Under the pieces are notes generated by a model that saw only the letters and a list, made by a program, of their open reading frames with translations, did not search any database and had not been told where the DNA came from. Made by a program: the position numbers and the translations under genes. A stretch of 64,000 nt of DNA from sequence record OM319461.1; one strand, written 5' to 3'. Every line of letters starts with the position of its first letter. Position 1 is the first letter of the stretch. Of this stretch, positions 8,998 through 16,957 are shown piece by piece.

Positions 8998-9354
8998 TTA
9001 AAGTCCGTGACGAGCACGGACTGTTTGTATTGCAGACAATAGAACTGAATCAAAGTCAGAACTTGTTACATAAGCACTTTCTTTTTGACAAAGTGTATGT
9101 ACGAGTACTCGACGCAATTCAAATTCCATTTTAGATTTGTTTAGGCCCTTACAGCGGTTAAGTACTTTTTGTACGTTAACTGACTGACGGTTGCCAATCC
9201 AAATGCTGATGCCTACTGCTTTGTTGTAAGCAAGTTCAAGATCAGCTTTTGGGTTAGTTGAAGTTTTGTCATTTAGTGATGTTACTTTAAGCATGAAAGC
9301 AACGATCATGATAGCAAGAACTACAACAGTTAGAATTGCGCCAAAGATACTCAT
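8998..9354 (-). CDS. single-TM hypothetical protein
   Basis: N-terminal hydrophobic helix; AAGGA SD. Confidence 0.75.
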   Translation of the reverse strand: MSIFGAILTVVVLAIMIVAFMLKVTSLNDKTSTNPKADLELAYNKAVGISIWIGNRQSVNVQKVLNRCKGLNKSKMEFELRRVLVHTLCQKESAYVTSSDFDSVLLSAIQTVRARHGL

Positions 9355-9386
9355 AATAAAATTCCTTCTTTTATTTGGTTTCGTTT

Positions 9387-9731
9387 TTAGTCGGCAAAAG
9401 TTTGCACGACGATGTTTTGGATATAGCGACGAATCTCGTCACGTTTGCCTGTACCACCTTGGCCGCCGATGTAGACTTTAAAGCCACCACATGAGGTTAC
9501 AAGGTTGACATCGTTGATTGTGATGTCGTATGGGAAGCGAACTGCGACGTGGTCAGACACAAGCCACTCAGTGCCATCGTGCAAGACAACGTCATTGTCT
9601 TCGCCTAGTTCTTTTGTCACATAGTGACGGATAGAGTTAAACAATGCTGCGTTGATTTCCGGTGCTTCGTTGAAGTATTGAATGCGAGGGAAAGTGTTTT
9701 TGATTACGCGTAGTTTGTTTTGAGTAGACAT
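9387..9731 (-). CDS. hypothetical protein
   Basis: GGAGAATCCAACC-ATG leader. Confidence 0.75.
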   Translation of the reverse strand: MSTQNKLRVIKNTFPRIQYFNEAPEINAALFNSIRHYVTKELGEDNDVVLHDGTEWLVSDHVAVRFPYDITINDVNLVTSCGGFKVYIGGQGGTGKRDEIRRYIQNIVVQTFAD

Positions 9732-9764
9732 GGTTGGATTCTCCGTTAGTTAATCTACGAGTCA

Positions 9765-9810
9765 CAGCGACTCATCAAGGGCTCTCGAAAGAACCCTTTG
9801 TGAGTGACTG
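9765..9810 (-). promoter_or_regulatory. long intergenic RNA hairpin without U tract (processing/stability site?)
   Basis: CAGTCACTCA-CAAAGGGTTCT-TTCG-AGAGCCCTTG-ATGAGTCGCTG. Confidence 0.6.
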
Positions 9811-10053
9811 TTAGTAATGAGCTTTGTAGTACTCAATACCTTTCGCATTTAACTTGGCCATGTATTTGATCGCCTTAGCAATATCAGAGATCTGGATTGT
9901 CGCAATAAACTTAGATGGTTTGTGCGGATCTTCCGTTGTCTTTTGAACAAGACATTTGGCATTGCAGATGTAGATATACTGCGTGCCGTTTTTGTCGTCC
10001 ATGATACAAGCGATTTGAGTTGGTTTGATTGGTAGTGTAATAAGTGTGTTCAT
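9811..10053 (-). CDS. hypothetical protein
   Basis: AGAGAAACCAACT-ATG leader. Confidence 0.7.
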   Translation of the reverse strand: MNTLITLPIKPTQIACIMDDKNGTQYIYICNAKCLVQKTTEDPHKPSKFIATIQISDIAKAIKYMAKLNAKGIEYYKAHY

Positions 10054-10078
10054 AGTTGGTTTCTCTATGGTTGGTTGA

Positions 10079-10954
10079 TTATTTAGTTTCAGCTAGGTTT
10101 TGTGCAAGGAACTCGCGGTATTTGGTATCGGCGATTTCTTCTGCACGGTCAAGCATCACATCAAAGAACGGTAGTACATGTTCTTCAAATGCTTCTGGTT
10201 GCTTTTTGCTTAGGGTACGGTAGTAGTCACCATCTTTAACACGAAATAGCTTGTAAGCGTTCTTTGGTAGCTTGCTGCGATGAGAATCAGTAATGTTGTT
10301 CCACCAGCGACCAAGGTCATTGATTGCACCGCGCTCTTCGGTTGTGTTTGACGTGCTCCATGTACCAGTTAGGAGCTTGCGCACTTTACTCAGTCTTTCC
10401 TTTTGTTCTGCCGTACCATATTTACGGATTTCAGACATGTAGCTATCCAGGAGTGAGTACTCGTTGTTTACGTCAAGATCTTTGATCGCGTCGAACGGGT
10501 TGTCGATTGAGTAGTACATTAGGTCTTGAACAGAGTAGCCATTCGAAAGCGTGTAGTCTGCATCTTCCCAGAAGATCATTGCGTTTTCAAAGTCAGTCGC
10601 AAAACTACTCACGCGCTCACCAAACTCAAATTTCTTACCGTAGTAAAGTAGCTCACGCAATGCATCTGCTTCGCGTTTGGCTTTGTTTACAGAACTTCCA
10701 ATGTAGCCGATTTTATTTTTGGCCATGAACTGCTGGAAACGATATGCAGAGATATAATCAGAACTGCCGTTTTCACAGAGAGCTTCAGTACAAAGCGCCG
10801 CAGTATAGATATGCTTGTTTATTTCCTCAAGCGTATAACCGTTGTTTTCATAGGTGTATGAAGGAACGGCCTCAAACCAGGCTGGTGCCTCGGCAGCAGC
10901 AGTGAATGAAGTAGCAGCAAGAACAAGAGTAGCTAGTTTAGTTAGAGTTTTCAT
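10079..10954 (-). CDS. secreted/periplasmic protein with Sec signal peptide
   Basis: MKTLTKLATLVLAATSFTAAAEA signal; GGAAACCACT-ATG. Confidence 0.75.
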   Translation of the reverse strand: MKTLTKLATLVLAATSFTAAAEAPAWFEAVPSYTYENNGYTLEEINKHIYTAALCTEALCENGSSDYISAYRFQQFMAKNKIGYIGSSVNKAKREADALRELLYYGKKFEFGERVSSFATDFENAMIFWEDADYTLSNGYSVQDLMYYSIDNPFDAIKDLDVNNEYSLLDSYMSEIRKYGTAEQKERLSKVRKLLTGTWSTSNTTEERGAINDLGRWWNNITDSHRSKLPKNAYKLFRVKDGDYYRTLSKKQPEAFEEHVLPFFDVMLDRAEEIADTKYREFLAQNLAETK

Positions 10955-11295
10955 AGTGGTTTCCTTTTTGAATTATTCCAGCGTTGAGTGAGTTTAGCAA
11001 CTTCTGACTGGACATGATAATTTTGTATTTCTCGATTGTGCGGGTATAAGCAACAGTATCGAATATGGTGTTGATGAATAAGTGACATAGCAGACGTTAT
11101 ACTACCGCCTGCTTTTCGCGTCGTCCAATAAAGCTCAATGGCCTTTAGACGGAATTGTTTTGTGATGACTAAATCAAATGCTGTCATCTCCGGCTGTTTC
11201 TTCTTAGGTTTGAACATATCATAGATCAAGCCAAAGACAACCGGAGAAAAGATGATCGCCATCCACAATGGGGTGACAGAATCATCTACATGCAT
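10951..11295 (-). CDS. single-TM hypothetical protein
   Basis: TAATG coupling with upstream gene; hydrophobic N-terminus. Confidence 0.65.
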   Translation of the reverse strand: MHVDDSVTPLWMAIIFSPVVFGLIYDMFKPKKKQPEMTAFDLVITKQFRLKAIELYWTTRKAGGSITSAMSLIHQHHIRYCCLYPHNREIQNYHVQSEVAKLTQRWNNSKRKPL

Positions 11296-11624
11296 TACGC
11301 TGCCTTCTTATTTAGAATTGTTTCGAATTCCGCCGAAGTAAAACCAGCGGCAATACCAGTGGTGGCCATGGTGCTACCTCCAACTAAACCGCTGCTGCCA
11401 ACGCGTTCGTTTGCAAGTGCATGTGCTTTAGCTACTTGTTCAGGTGTAAGTTGTTGCATTAGTTCTTCTTTGATTTCAGCAGCTTTATCTTCTGCGTCCA
11501 TCGAGGTACATAGTTGTTCACAGACAATCGCATCGGTTAGTGCAATCGTTGGGAATGTTGCTGCATTAACGTCTTGTATGAACATAACGAAAGCGATAGA
11601 TAGAAGTGCAGTTAAAGTTTTCAT
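11295..11624 (-). CDS. secreted protein with signal peptide (start MKTLTAL)
   Basis: GGAGAAACCAACC-ATG; signal ending VNA. Confidence 0.7.
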   Translation of the reverse strand: MKTLTALLSIAFVMFIQDVNAATFPTIALTDAIVCEQLCTSMDAEDKAAEIKEELMQQLTPEQVAKAHALANERVGSSGLVGGSTMATTGIAAGFTSAEFETILNKKAA

Positions 11625-11638
11625 GGTTGGTTTCTCCA

Positions 11639-11694
11639 TTGGTTAAAATAATATTCATAGGAGCCTCTCGCAAGAGACTCTGAGTATATTACTT
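11639..11694. repeat. 56-bp intergenic direct repeat, copy 1
   Basis: Matches 11979-12034 with one mismatch; contains GAGTCTC-TTGC-GAGAGGCTC hairpin on minus. Confidence 0.95.
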
Positions 11695-11958
11695 GACGTA
11701 AGTATTGTATTCGTTGATGATTGCTTCGCGTTTGTCCATAAGGTACACGGCAGGGCCAGTGGCGGCATCTGCAATACGATCGTATGTGATGATCGAATCT
11801 TGATCCATATGGGCAACCTTTGTGCCATTGTAAACAATAAAGTCACGGTTAGGTGTAACGTGCATACCAAGCTTTTTGAGTTCTTCCAATGCATTCATTT
11901 GGATGTCACCGAAAGATGTTGGGTTTACTTCGTGGTCCCAGTTTAGTAAAGCAGACAT
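11689..11958 (-). CDS. hypothetical protein flanked by the 56-bp repeats
   Basis: AAGGA SD. Confidence 0.75.
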   Translation of the reverse strand: MSALLNWDHEVNPTSFGDIQMNALEELKKLGMHVTPNRDFIVYNGTKVAHMDQDSIITYDRIADAATGPAVYLMDKREAIINEYNTYVK

Positions 11959-11978
11959 AATGTTTTCCTTTCAACAAG

Positions 11979-12034
11979 TTGGTTAAAATAATATTCATAA
12001 GAGCCTCTCGCAAGAGACTCTGAGTATATTACTT
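11979..12034. repeat. 56-bp intergenic direct repeat, copy 2
   Basis: Matches 11639-11694. Confidence 0.95.
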
Positions 12035-12329
12035 AGTAGTTAGACGTTAGCATCTCGCAGTCGTAACCATCGTTTTCAAGTTTTGTGATGAACTCTGCGA
12101 TAGGCGTAAAGATGTCACGTAGTTCTTCTTCGGTAGAATCTGTTTTGAACTCAACCGAATGAATTGCCTTGTAGATAGTGCCATTAGGTGTACGTTCTTT
12201 ACGAACAACCAAACGTTCGCCACCTAGCTTACAATAAGTCAAACCGCCAGATTCTACGATAGAAAGAAGGTCAGTAACTTTAAGGATGATTGTGTGAACG
12301 ATGCGAGATTTAGGTGCTACTGTAGTCAT
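12033..12329 (-). CDS. hypothetical protein
   Basis: AAGGA SD. Confidence 0.75.
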   Translation of the reverse strand: MTTVAPKSRIVHTIILKVTDLLSIVESGGLTYCKLGGERLVVRKERTPNGTIYKAIHSVEFKTDSTEEELRDIFTPIAEFITKLENDGYDCEMLTSNY

Positions 12330-12393
12330 GATATGTTTCCTTTTAGTTTAGGATAGAATAATAATCGAGGGCCCTCGTAAAGGCCCTCTGTTA

Positions 12394-12792
12394 TTATGCT
12401 AAGTCAAGTTTGAATGCTTCAGTCTTTGCTTTAAGTTCTTCTGCACTAGCAAGAACGTTTTCGTTGATCACTAGGCTGGGTACTAAAATCATTGCAAGTG
12501 AAAGTACACCAGATACTGCTAATAGCCATAGTGTGTAATCTACACCAATGATAGCGGCAAAGCCAAGTACTGAGAACAGTGAGTAGTTGTTAAACCAAAG
12601 GTCGGTAGTGTATTCAACCATTGCTTTAACGCGTTCTTTGTAAGACTTACCTGCTGCGGTATTTGCTTTGATGTGTGCATTGTTAGACAACAATATCATG
12701 TCTGCAAAAACACCAGCGATGGCTTTTAGTACAGCCATGATAAGAACGTTGTTGATGATTGCTGCTTTGATGTTTGCGATTGAGTTTTTCAT
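12394..12792 (-). CDS. multi-pass membrane protein (start MKNSIAN)
   Basis: About 3 hydrophobic segments; GGAGAAACAAACC-ATG. Confidence 0.7.
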   Translation of the reverse strand: MKNSIANIKAAIINNVLIMAVLKAIAGVFADMILLSNNAHIKANTAAGKSYKERVKAMVEYTTDLWFNNYSLFSVLGFAAIIGVDYTLWLLAVSGVLSLAMILVPSLVINENVLASAEELKAKTEAFKLDLA

Positions 12793-12899
12793 GGTTTGTT
12801 TCTCCAAAAGAAAAATGGGATTGAGTTTAGGTTAAAGAGCCTACGTTAAACCCTAAGGTTTAACATAGACTTAGTGGATTATATATTTTAATCCATGTA

Positions 12900-12913
12900 G
12901 GTAATATAGAGAT
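12900..12913 (-). promoter_or_regulatory. putative early promoter
   Basis: ATCTCTATATTACC. Confidence 0.75.
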
Positions 12914-12931
12914 AAAGAATGCTTGAGATTG

Positions 12932-13339
12932 TTATTTAGTCTCAGGATACTTGACCTCGTGAATACGAGAGCCAAGGATAGCAACGATGAATGCACAGGA
13001 TAAACCGATGGTCATAACTGCGCCATTGTATTCTGCATTCCATGCAGAGTTGCAGATGTGCGTAGCAAAGATATGAAACAAAGCCACGGATACAAGAGGC
13101 AGTGAAATCATATTTAAACAAAGCGCTGCTTCTAGATGACGATGCTGACGATCAGCAATATAAAGACCTAGAAAGTAAAACGCAATCGTAACAACACCGG
13201 CATGAGTAAGACTTAGTAGAAGTGCTCGTTCATCAGATAGATCAAAGACGAAAAGCGAAGCGTACATTCCAAGTGTAGCGATCAACAGATAGCCAATTGC
13301 GTAAAGAGACATGATGGCGATTTTTCTTTTAGGTGACAT
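12932..13339 (-). CDS. four-TM membrane protein
   Basis: Four hydrophobic segments; GGAAACCACT-ATG. Confidence 0.75.
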   Translation of the reverse strand: MSPKRKIAIMSLYAIGYLLIATLGMYASLFVFDLSDERALLLSLTHAGVVTIAFYFLGLYIADRQHRHLEAALCLNMISLPLVSVALFHIFATHICNSAWNAEYNGAVMTIGLSCAFIVAILGSRIHEVKYPETK

Positions 13340-13374
13340 AGTGGTTTCCTAGTTAAGTAGATTAAATCCAAGTA

Positions 13375-13388
13375 GGTAATATAGAGAT
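13375..13388 (-). promoter_or_regulatory. putative early promoter
   Basis: ATCTCTATATTACC. Confidence 0.75.
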
Positions 13389-13428
13389 AAAAACTCGCTG
13401 AGACCAAAGAAAAAGAAAAAGATACTAA

Positions 13429-13454
13429 CCCCCTCTCCCATAAGGGAGAGAGGG
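13429..13454 (-). terminator. intrinsic terminator
   Basis: CCCTCTCCC/GGGAGAGAGGG stem with U tract on minus. Confidence 0.8.
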
Positions 13455-13460
13455 AAAGAG

Positions 13461-14849
13461 TTAGAACAAGTCTTGGTAAACAGGACGATTACTTAGATTT
13501 TGGTGCTGGTGAATTATGACAGGTGCGTAGCTTAACGTGACTCGCTGGAAGTCAAAGTTAGCACGCAGGTTACCCGTGCACTTAGAAGTATAGTACCCTT
13601 CAAGTACGATTCGATTCGCACCCAATGCTTGTGCTTTTAGTACGCCTTCTTCTAAACGCTGAGTACATAGATCATCGCCTTTGAAGACAACAGCAATGCC
13701 TTTTGCTTTAAACTCATCGTGGATAAGCTTAGCAATAGCATCAGATGTTAGCCAGTTATCCAGAATCAAAATACCTTCTTTCAAAAACGACTTTTCAGAA
13801 GCACGCATCATGTAACAGCCATGCAGGTTAATGACATAAGGGTCTTTCGAGCCAAGAGCAGGAATAAGTTCCATGAACTCTTTGTGGGTAATTGCTTTTG
13901 TAACTGTAGCATCCACGACCGGTGGACGTCCGATGTGACATGGACCGATGGTCTTAAGATACTCGTATTGTTTCTTAGAGAAACAGTTTTGGGTATTAAC
14001 GCCAAGTCGCGCAAGTACGGTATGCTCAGTAAGCTCCAGGTGACTAGAGATTTCTTTTGCAACTTCGAAAGCACGGCGTACATAGTCTTCTGTGCGTGAT
14101 GGAGCAAAGTCAAAGATTGAGTTTAGAAAACCGATCTTCTTCACCTTGGCAGGAAGACGTGGCATCTGCTTACCTGTCATCAGGTAGTCATAAAGATCTT
14201 CCATATAACTAATCTCTTCTGCCAATAGTTGGTTTTGAGACTTGTACGAAGCCGCAGAGTCAAAGTACTGTGCTACCTTGGCGACTGCTTTTTCAATAGC
14301 CACCCCTTCAACACGCAAGCCATATTCCGGATAAGAGACACAGTAGCGTTCTTCCTTGGCCCACTTCTTAAGCTGCTCTGGGCGGTTAGACCAAGCCAGT
14401 GCAATGCGACCCATTGTCTCGGTGGTTAGAAATTTACCTAACTTGTCAATAAGAGCTAATTCAAGTTTTTCTAATACTGGTAAGGTATTTTCTTTTTCAT
14501 TGAAGATTACACGATGATAATCCATCGTTGCCACGTTGGCAGGAATAATATCAACGGCATCGGGATATACTTCACCTTCTACTGGAATGATACCTAGTCG
14601 ACGACGGATACAATGAGTCAGTACCAAGATGTGATACAGGGTAATCTCTTTCATGTCGATCAGTTCTTGGATCGAGATGTCGAAGACCATTGTATCTTTG
14701 GCATAGTAAGGAGCCATTGTCATCATTGCTGAGAAGTAGCTTTTAATGCCACGCATATCCTTAGGTGGGTTATCGCGAAGATGAGACAGAAAGTTCCAGC
14801 CATGTGTGTCTTCGTAAACGTATTCATCGAGTGCTTTTAATTGCATCAT
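13461..14849 (-). CDS. hypothetical protein (start MMQLKAL)
   Basis: Long ORF; GGAG SD. Confidence 0.75.
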   Translation of the reverse strand: MMQLKALDEYVYEDTHGWNFLSHLRDNPPKDMRGIKSYFSAMMTMAPYYAKDTMVFDISIQELIDMKEITLYHILVLTHCIRRRLGIIPVEGEVYPDAVDIIPANVATMDYHRVIFNEKENTLPVLEKLELALIDKLGKFLTTETMGRIALAWSNRPEQLKKWAKEERYCVSYPEYGLRVEGVAIEKAVAKVAQYFDSAASYKSQNQLLAEEISYMEDLYDYLMTGKQMPRLPAKVKKIGFLNSIFDFAPSRTEDYVRRAFEVAKEISSHLELTEHTVLARLGVNTQNCFSKKQYEYLKTIGPCHIGRPPVVDATVTKAITHKEFMELIPALGSKDPYVINLHGCYMMRASEKSFLKEGILILDNWLTSDAIAKLIHDEFKAKGIAVVFKGDDLCTQRLEEGVLKAQALGANRIVLEGYYTSKCTGNLRANFDFQRVTLSYAPVIIHQHQNLSNRPVYQDLF

Positions 14850-14885
14850 GATTCTCCGAGAAAAATAAAAAGATAGAAAGATAAC

Positions 14886-14907
14886 GAGTACCGGAAACCC
14901 GGTACTC
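14886..14907 (-). terminator. intrinsic terminator
   Basis: GAGTACCGG-GTTT-CCGGTACTC then U-rich tract. Confidence 0.85.
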
Positions 14908-14918
14908 ATTAACATTGG

Positions 14919-15257
14919 TTAGCGACGATTAGCTCGACGGGCTTTCTTCGCTTTAGCACGCGCCTTAGCTTTGTTGTAGCCAGGACGTGTTGCACCAGGA
15001 CCACGTTTCTTCTCACGGCGTCCCTTCATTGCCTTGCCGATAGCAGCGCGTTGAATCAGTTCAACTAGTTCAGCATCATCAACTGGCATTTCGTCAGATA
15101 GAACTTCTACTGCATCTAGAGCTGCTTCTTTTGCTGCTTCGTGTTCTTCCGTAGACTCAACAACTTCTGCACCTTGTTCTGTTGCGAACTCACGTAGTGT
15201 ATCACGATCGATTGTGAAATCTGACGCTGGCATTACTTCTGGTTTTGGCATTTCCAT
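14919..15257 (-). CDS. acidic N-half / basic C-tail small protein
   Basis: E/D-rich first half, tail KAKARAKAKKARRANRR. Confidence 0.75.
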   Translation of the reverse strand: MEMPKPEVMPASDFTIDRDTLREFATEQGAEVVESTEEHEAAKEAALDAVEVLSDEMPVDDAELVELIQRAAIGKAMKGRREKKRGPGATRPGYNKAKARAKAKKARRANRR

Positions 15258-15316
15258 TTTTGGAACTCCTATGTGATTAAATGATTGTGGTTTGACTAAC
15301 TAATAAGAGTAGTCTG

Positions 15317-16048
15317 TTATTGAGGGCCGTTTTCTAATTCGATAAAGCGATCAAGTGTATGACTCAATCGAGTAGTAAACGGGTAATGTTTTACAACGAG
15401 ATCGTTGACGCGGGACAGTACAGGACCTTCTAGTTTTCTGCCTGGACCACGGACAAACTGCAAGAAGTCTTTCTCTGACTTATGTGCCACTAATGCGAAG
15501 TCAACAGAAAGATTCAGTAGTTTGCGCTCTAGGTCATTTCGACCATTAGAGTCTACAAAACCAACAATGAATGTAAACTCTTCTGTACGCACCGCACAGA
15601 ACGAATAGGCCAAACCAAGGTATCTGCCTGACTTATCGGCGAACGGTATGTGTCCTGGCTTCTCACGTCCAAATAACTGGTCTTTGTGAACTGCTGCTGG
15701 GACACGCAAAACAAAAGGCTGGTAATCACCAAGAACAAGTGGGTCTTTTGTAACTATCGAGATAGCATTCTGTGTAAACTTACTTTCGTGAATAAACTTA
15801 CACATGTCGTGCCAGTTGGCGTTGCAGAAGACGTGTTCTATTTTGCCTTCGTAAATACGATGCGCAGCAATTGCGTCGTCCCGTAGCTCGCGTGACTGTG
15901 TCAGCTGTGACTTGGCTGTACTTAGAAGGGCGTCCTTGTGATCTAACTGGCGCTTAGAAAGAAAGCCAATGATCAGAGTACCGACAACAAAGCCCAATAG
16001 GAATGCAGCCCATATCCATACGTTGTTCGTGATTTCTGCAAAAGACAT
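15317..16048 (-). CDS. single-TM hypothetical protein
   Basis: N-terminal TM helix; GGAG SD. Confidence 0.75.
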   Translation of the reverse strand: MSFAEITNNVWIWAAFLLGFVVGTLIIGFLSKRQLDHKDALLSTAKSQLTQSRELRDDAIAAHRIYEGKIEHVFCNANWHDMCKFIHESKFTQNAISIVTKDPLVLGDYQPFVLRVPAAVHKDQLFGREKPGHIPFADKSGRYLGLAYSFCAVRTEEFTFIVGFVDSNGRNDLERKLLNLSVDFALVAHKSEKDFLQFVRGPGRKLEGPVLSRVNDLVVKHYPFTTRLSHTLDRFIELENGPQ

Positions 16049-16051
16049 GGT

Positions 16052-16831
16052 TTATACTCCGAAGTAGAATTTGCCGTTTTTGTATACTTCGTCTTGTGAC
16101 CAAGTGTACACGTCAGTTTGCTTACCACGAGTTGAAGTAACAGAAGTCACACGACCTTCGGCGTCACGCTGAATGACAGTTTGTGTAACGCGAGCCTTTG
16201 TGCCAGTCTCAGTAATGACAATCGAACCATCTAGCTCAAGTACAGTACGGTTAGAAGGAGTATCACCAAGGCGAACTACTTCCGTCATGCGAGTGCCTTC
16301 GCCAGCAAAGCCTTCGCGAACACGCTTGCGCATTTGTTCTTTGTAGTACTTGCCATGTGCTACTTTGCGAGTAACCCAACCTTCTGCTTCAGTCCAGCGT
16401 AGACAAATCTTGCCTTCAGTACTGATAGTAACGCGACGACCACGGTTGTCTAGACAAGCTACTTCGATAGGACGCTTACCGCAAGTAGGGCGTTGGAACA
16501 ATACATTGCCATCTTGGTCGATTTCGTGATAACCGCTTTTAAGCATAAGGCCAATTACGTCTGACTCTGGATCCATCGTCAGTGGGGTAAAGCCATGCTC
16601 TGCAATAAACTCAGATGCAGCTGCACATGCAGAGTGCTTAAAGGCACGTGTACTGTGCTGGTTGTCTTTGCCGTAGTTACAGATCTTTTTGATCTTGTCA
16701 GCAAGAGGGCCGCGCAGGTCAGCCATAGATAGAACATCACCTTCTCCGATTAAACCACATGCGATGTAGAAATCAGCACCTAGTGAAATGTTTGCAAGAA
16801 GGCCACGATGAATGTTAAGTGGAGTAGACAT
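16052..16831 (-). CDS. hypothetical protein with YD/RHS-like beta repeats (start MSTPLNI)
   Basis: IQRDAEGRVTSVTSTRGKQTDVYTW; AAGGA SD. Confidence 0.65.
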   Translation of the reverse strand: MSTPLNIHRGLLANISLGADFYIACGLIGEGDVLSMADLRGPLADKIKKICNYGKDNQHSTRAFKHSACAAASEFIAEHGFTPLTMDPESDVIGLMLKSGYHEIDQDGNVLFQRPTCGKRPIEVACLDNRGRRVTISTEGKICLRWTEAEGWVTRKVAHGKYYKEQMRKRVREGFAGEGTRMTEVVRLGDTPSNRTVLELDGSIVITETGTKARVTQTVIQRDAEGRVTSVTSTRGKQTDVYTWSQDEVYKNGKFYFGV

Positions 16832-16881
16832 AATAAATTCCTTATGTATGATCTGATAAGTTATGGACGGAATGTCACTAT

Positions 16882-16895
16882 AGTAATATAGAGAT
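16882..16895 (-). promoter_or_regulatory. putative early promoter
   Basis: ATCTCTATATTACT. Confidence 0.7.
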
Positions 16896-16926
16896 ATGTT
16901 TCTTTTGAACAACGGTTAAAAAGATA

Positions 16927-16948
16927 CCTTCTCCCCGATGGGAGAAGG
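16927..16948 (-). terminator. intrinsic terminator
   Basis: CCTTCTCCC-ATCG-GGGAGAAGG plus U tract. Confidence 0.85.
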
Positions 16949-16957
16949 CTTCTTATA

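Noticed and set aside
11639-12034. CRISPR or mini-array
   Set aside because: Only two 56-bp copies separated by a 270-bp ORF; no short spacers and no cas genes
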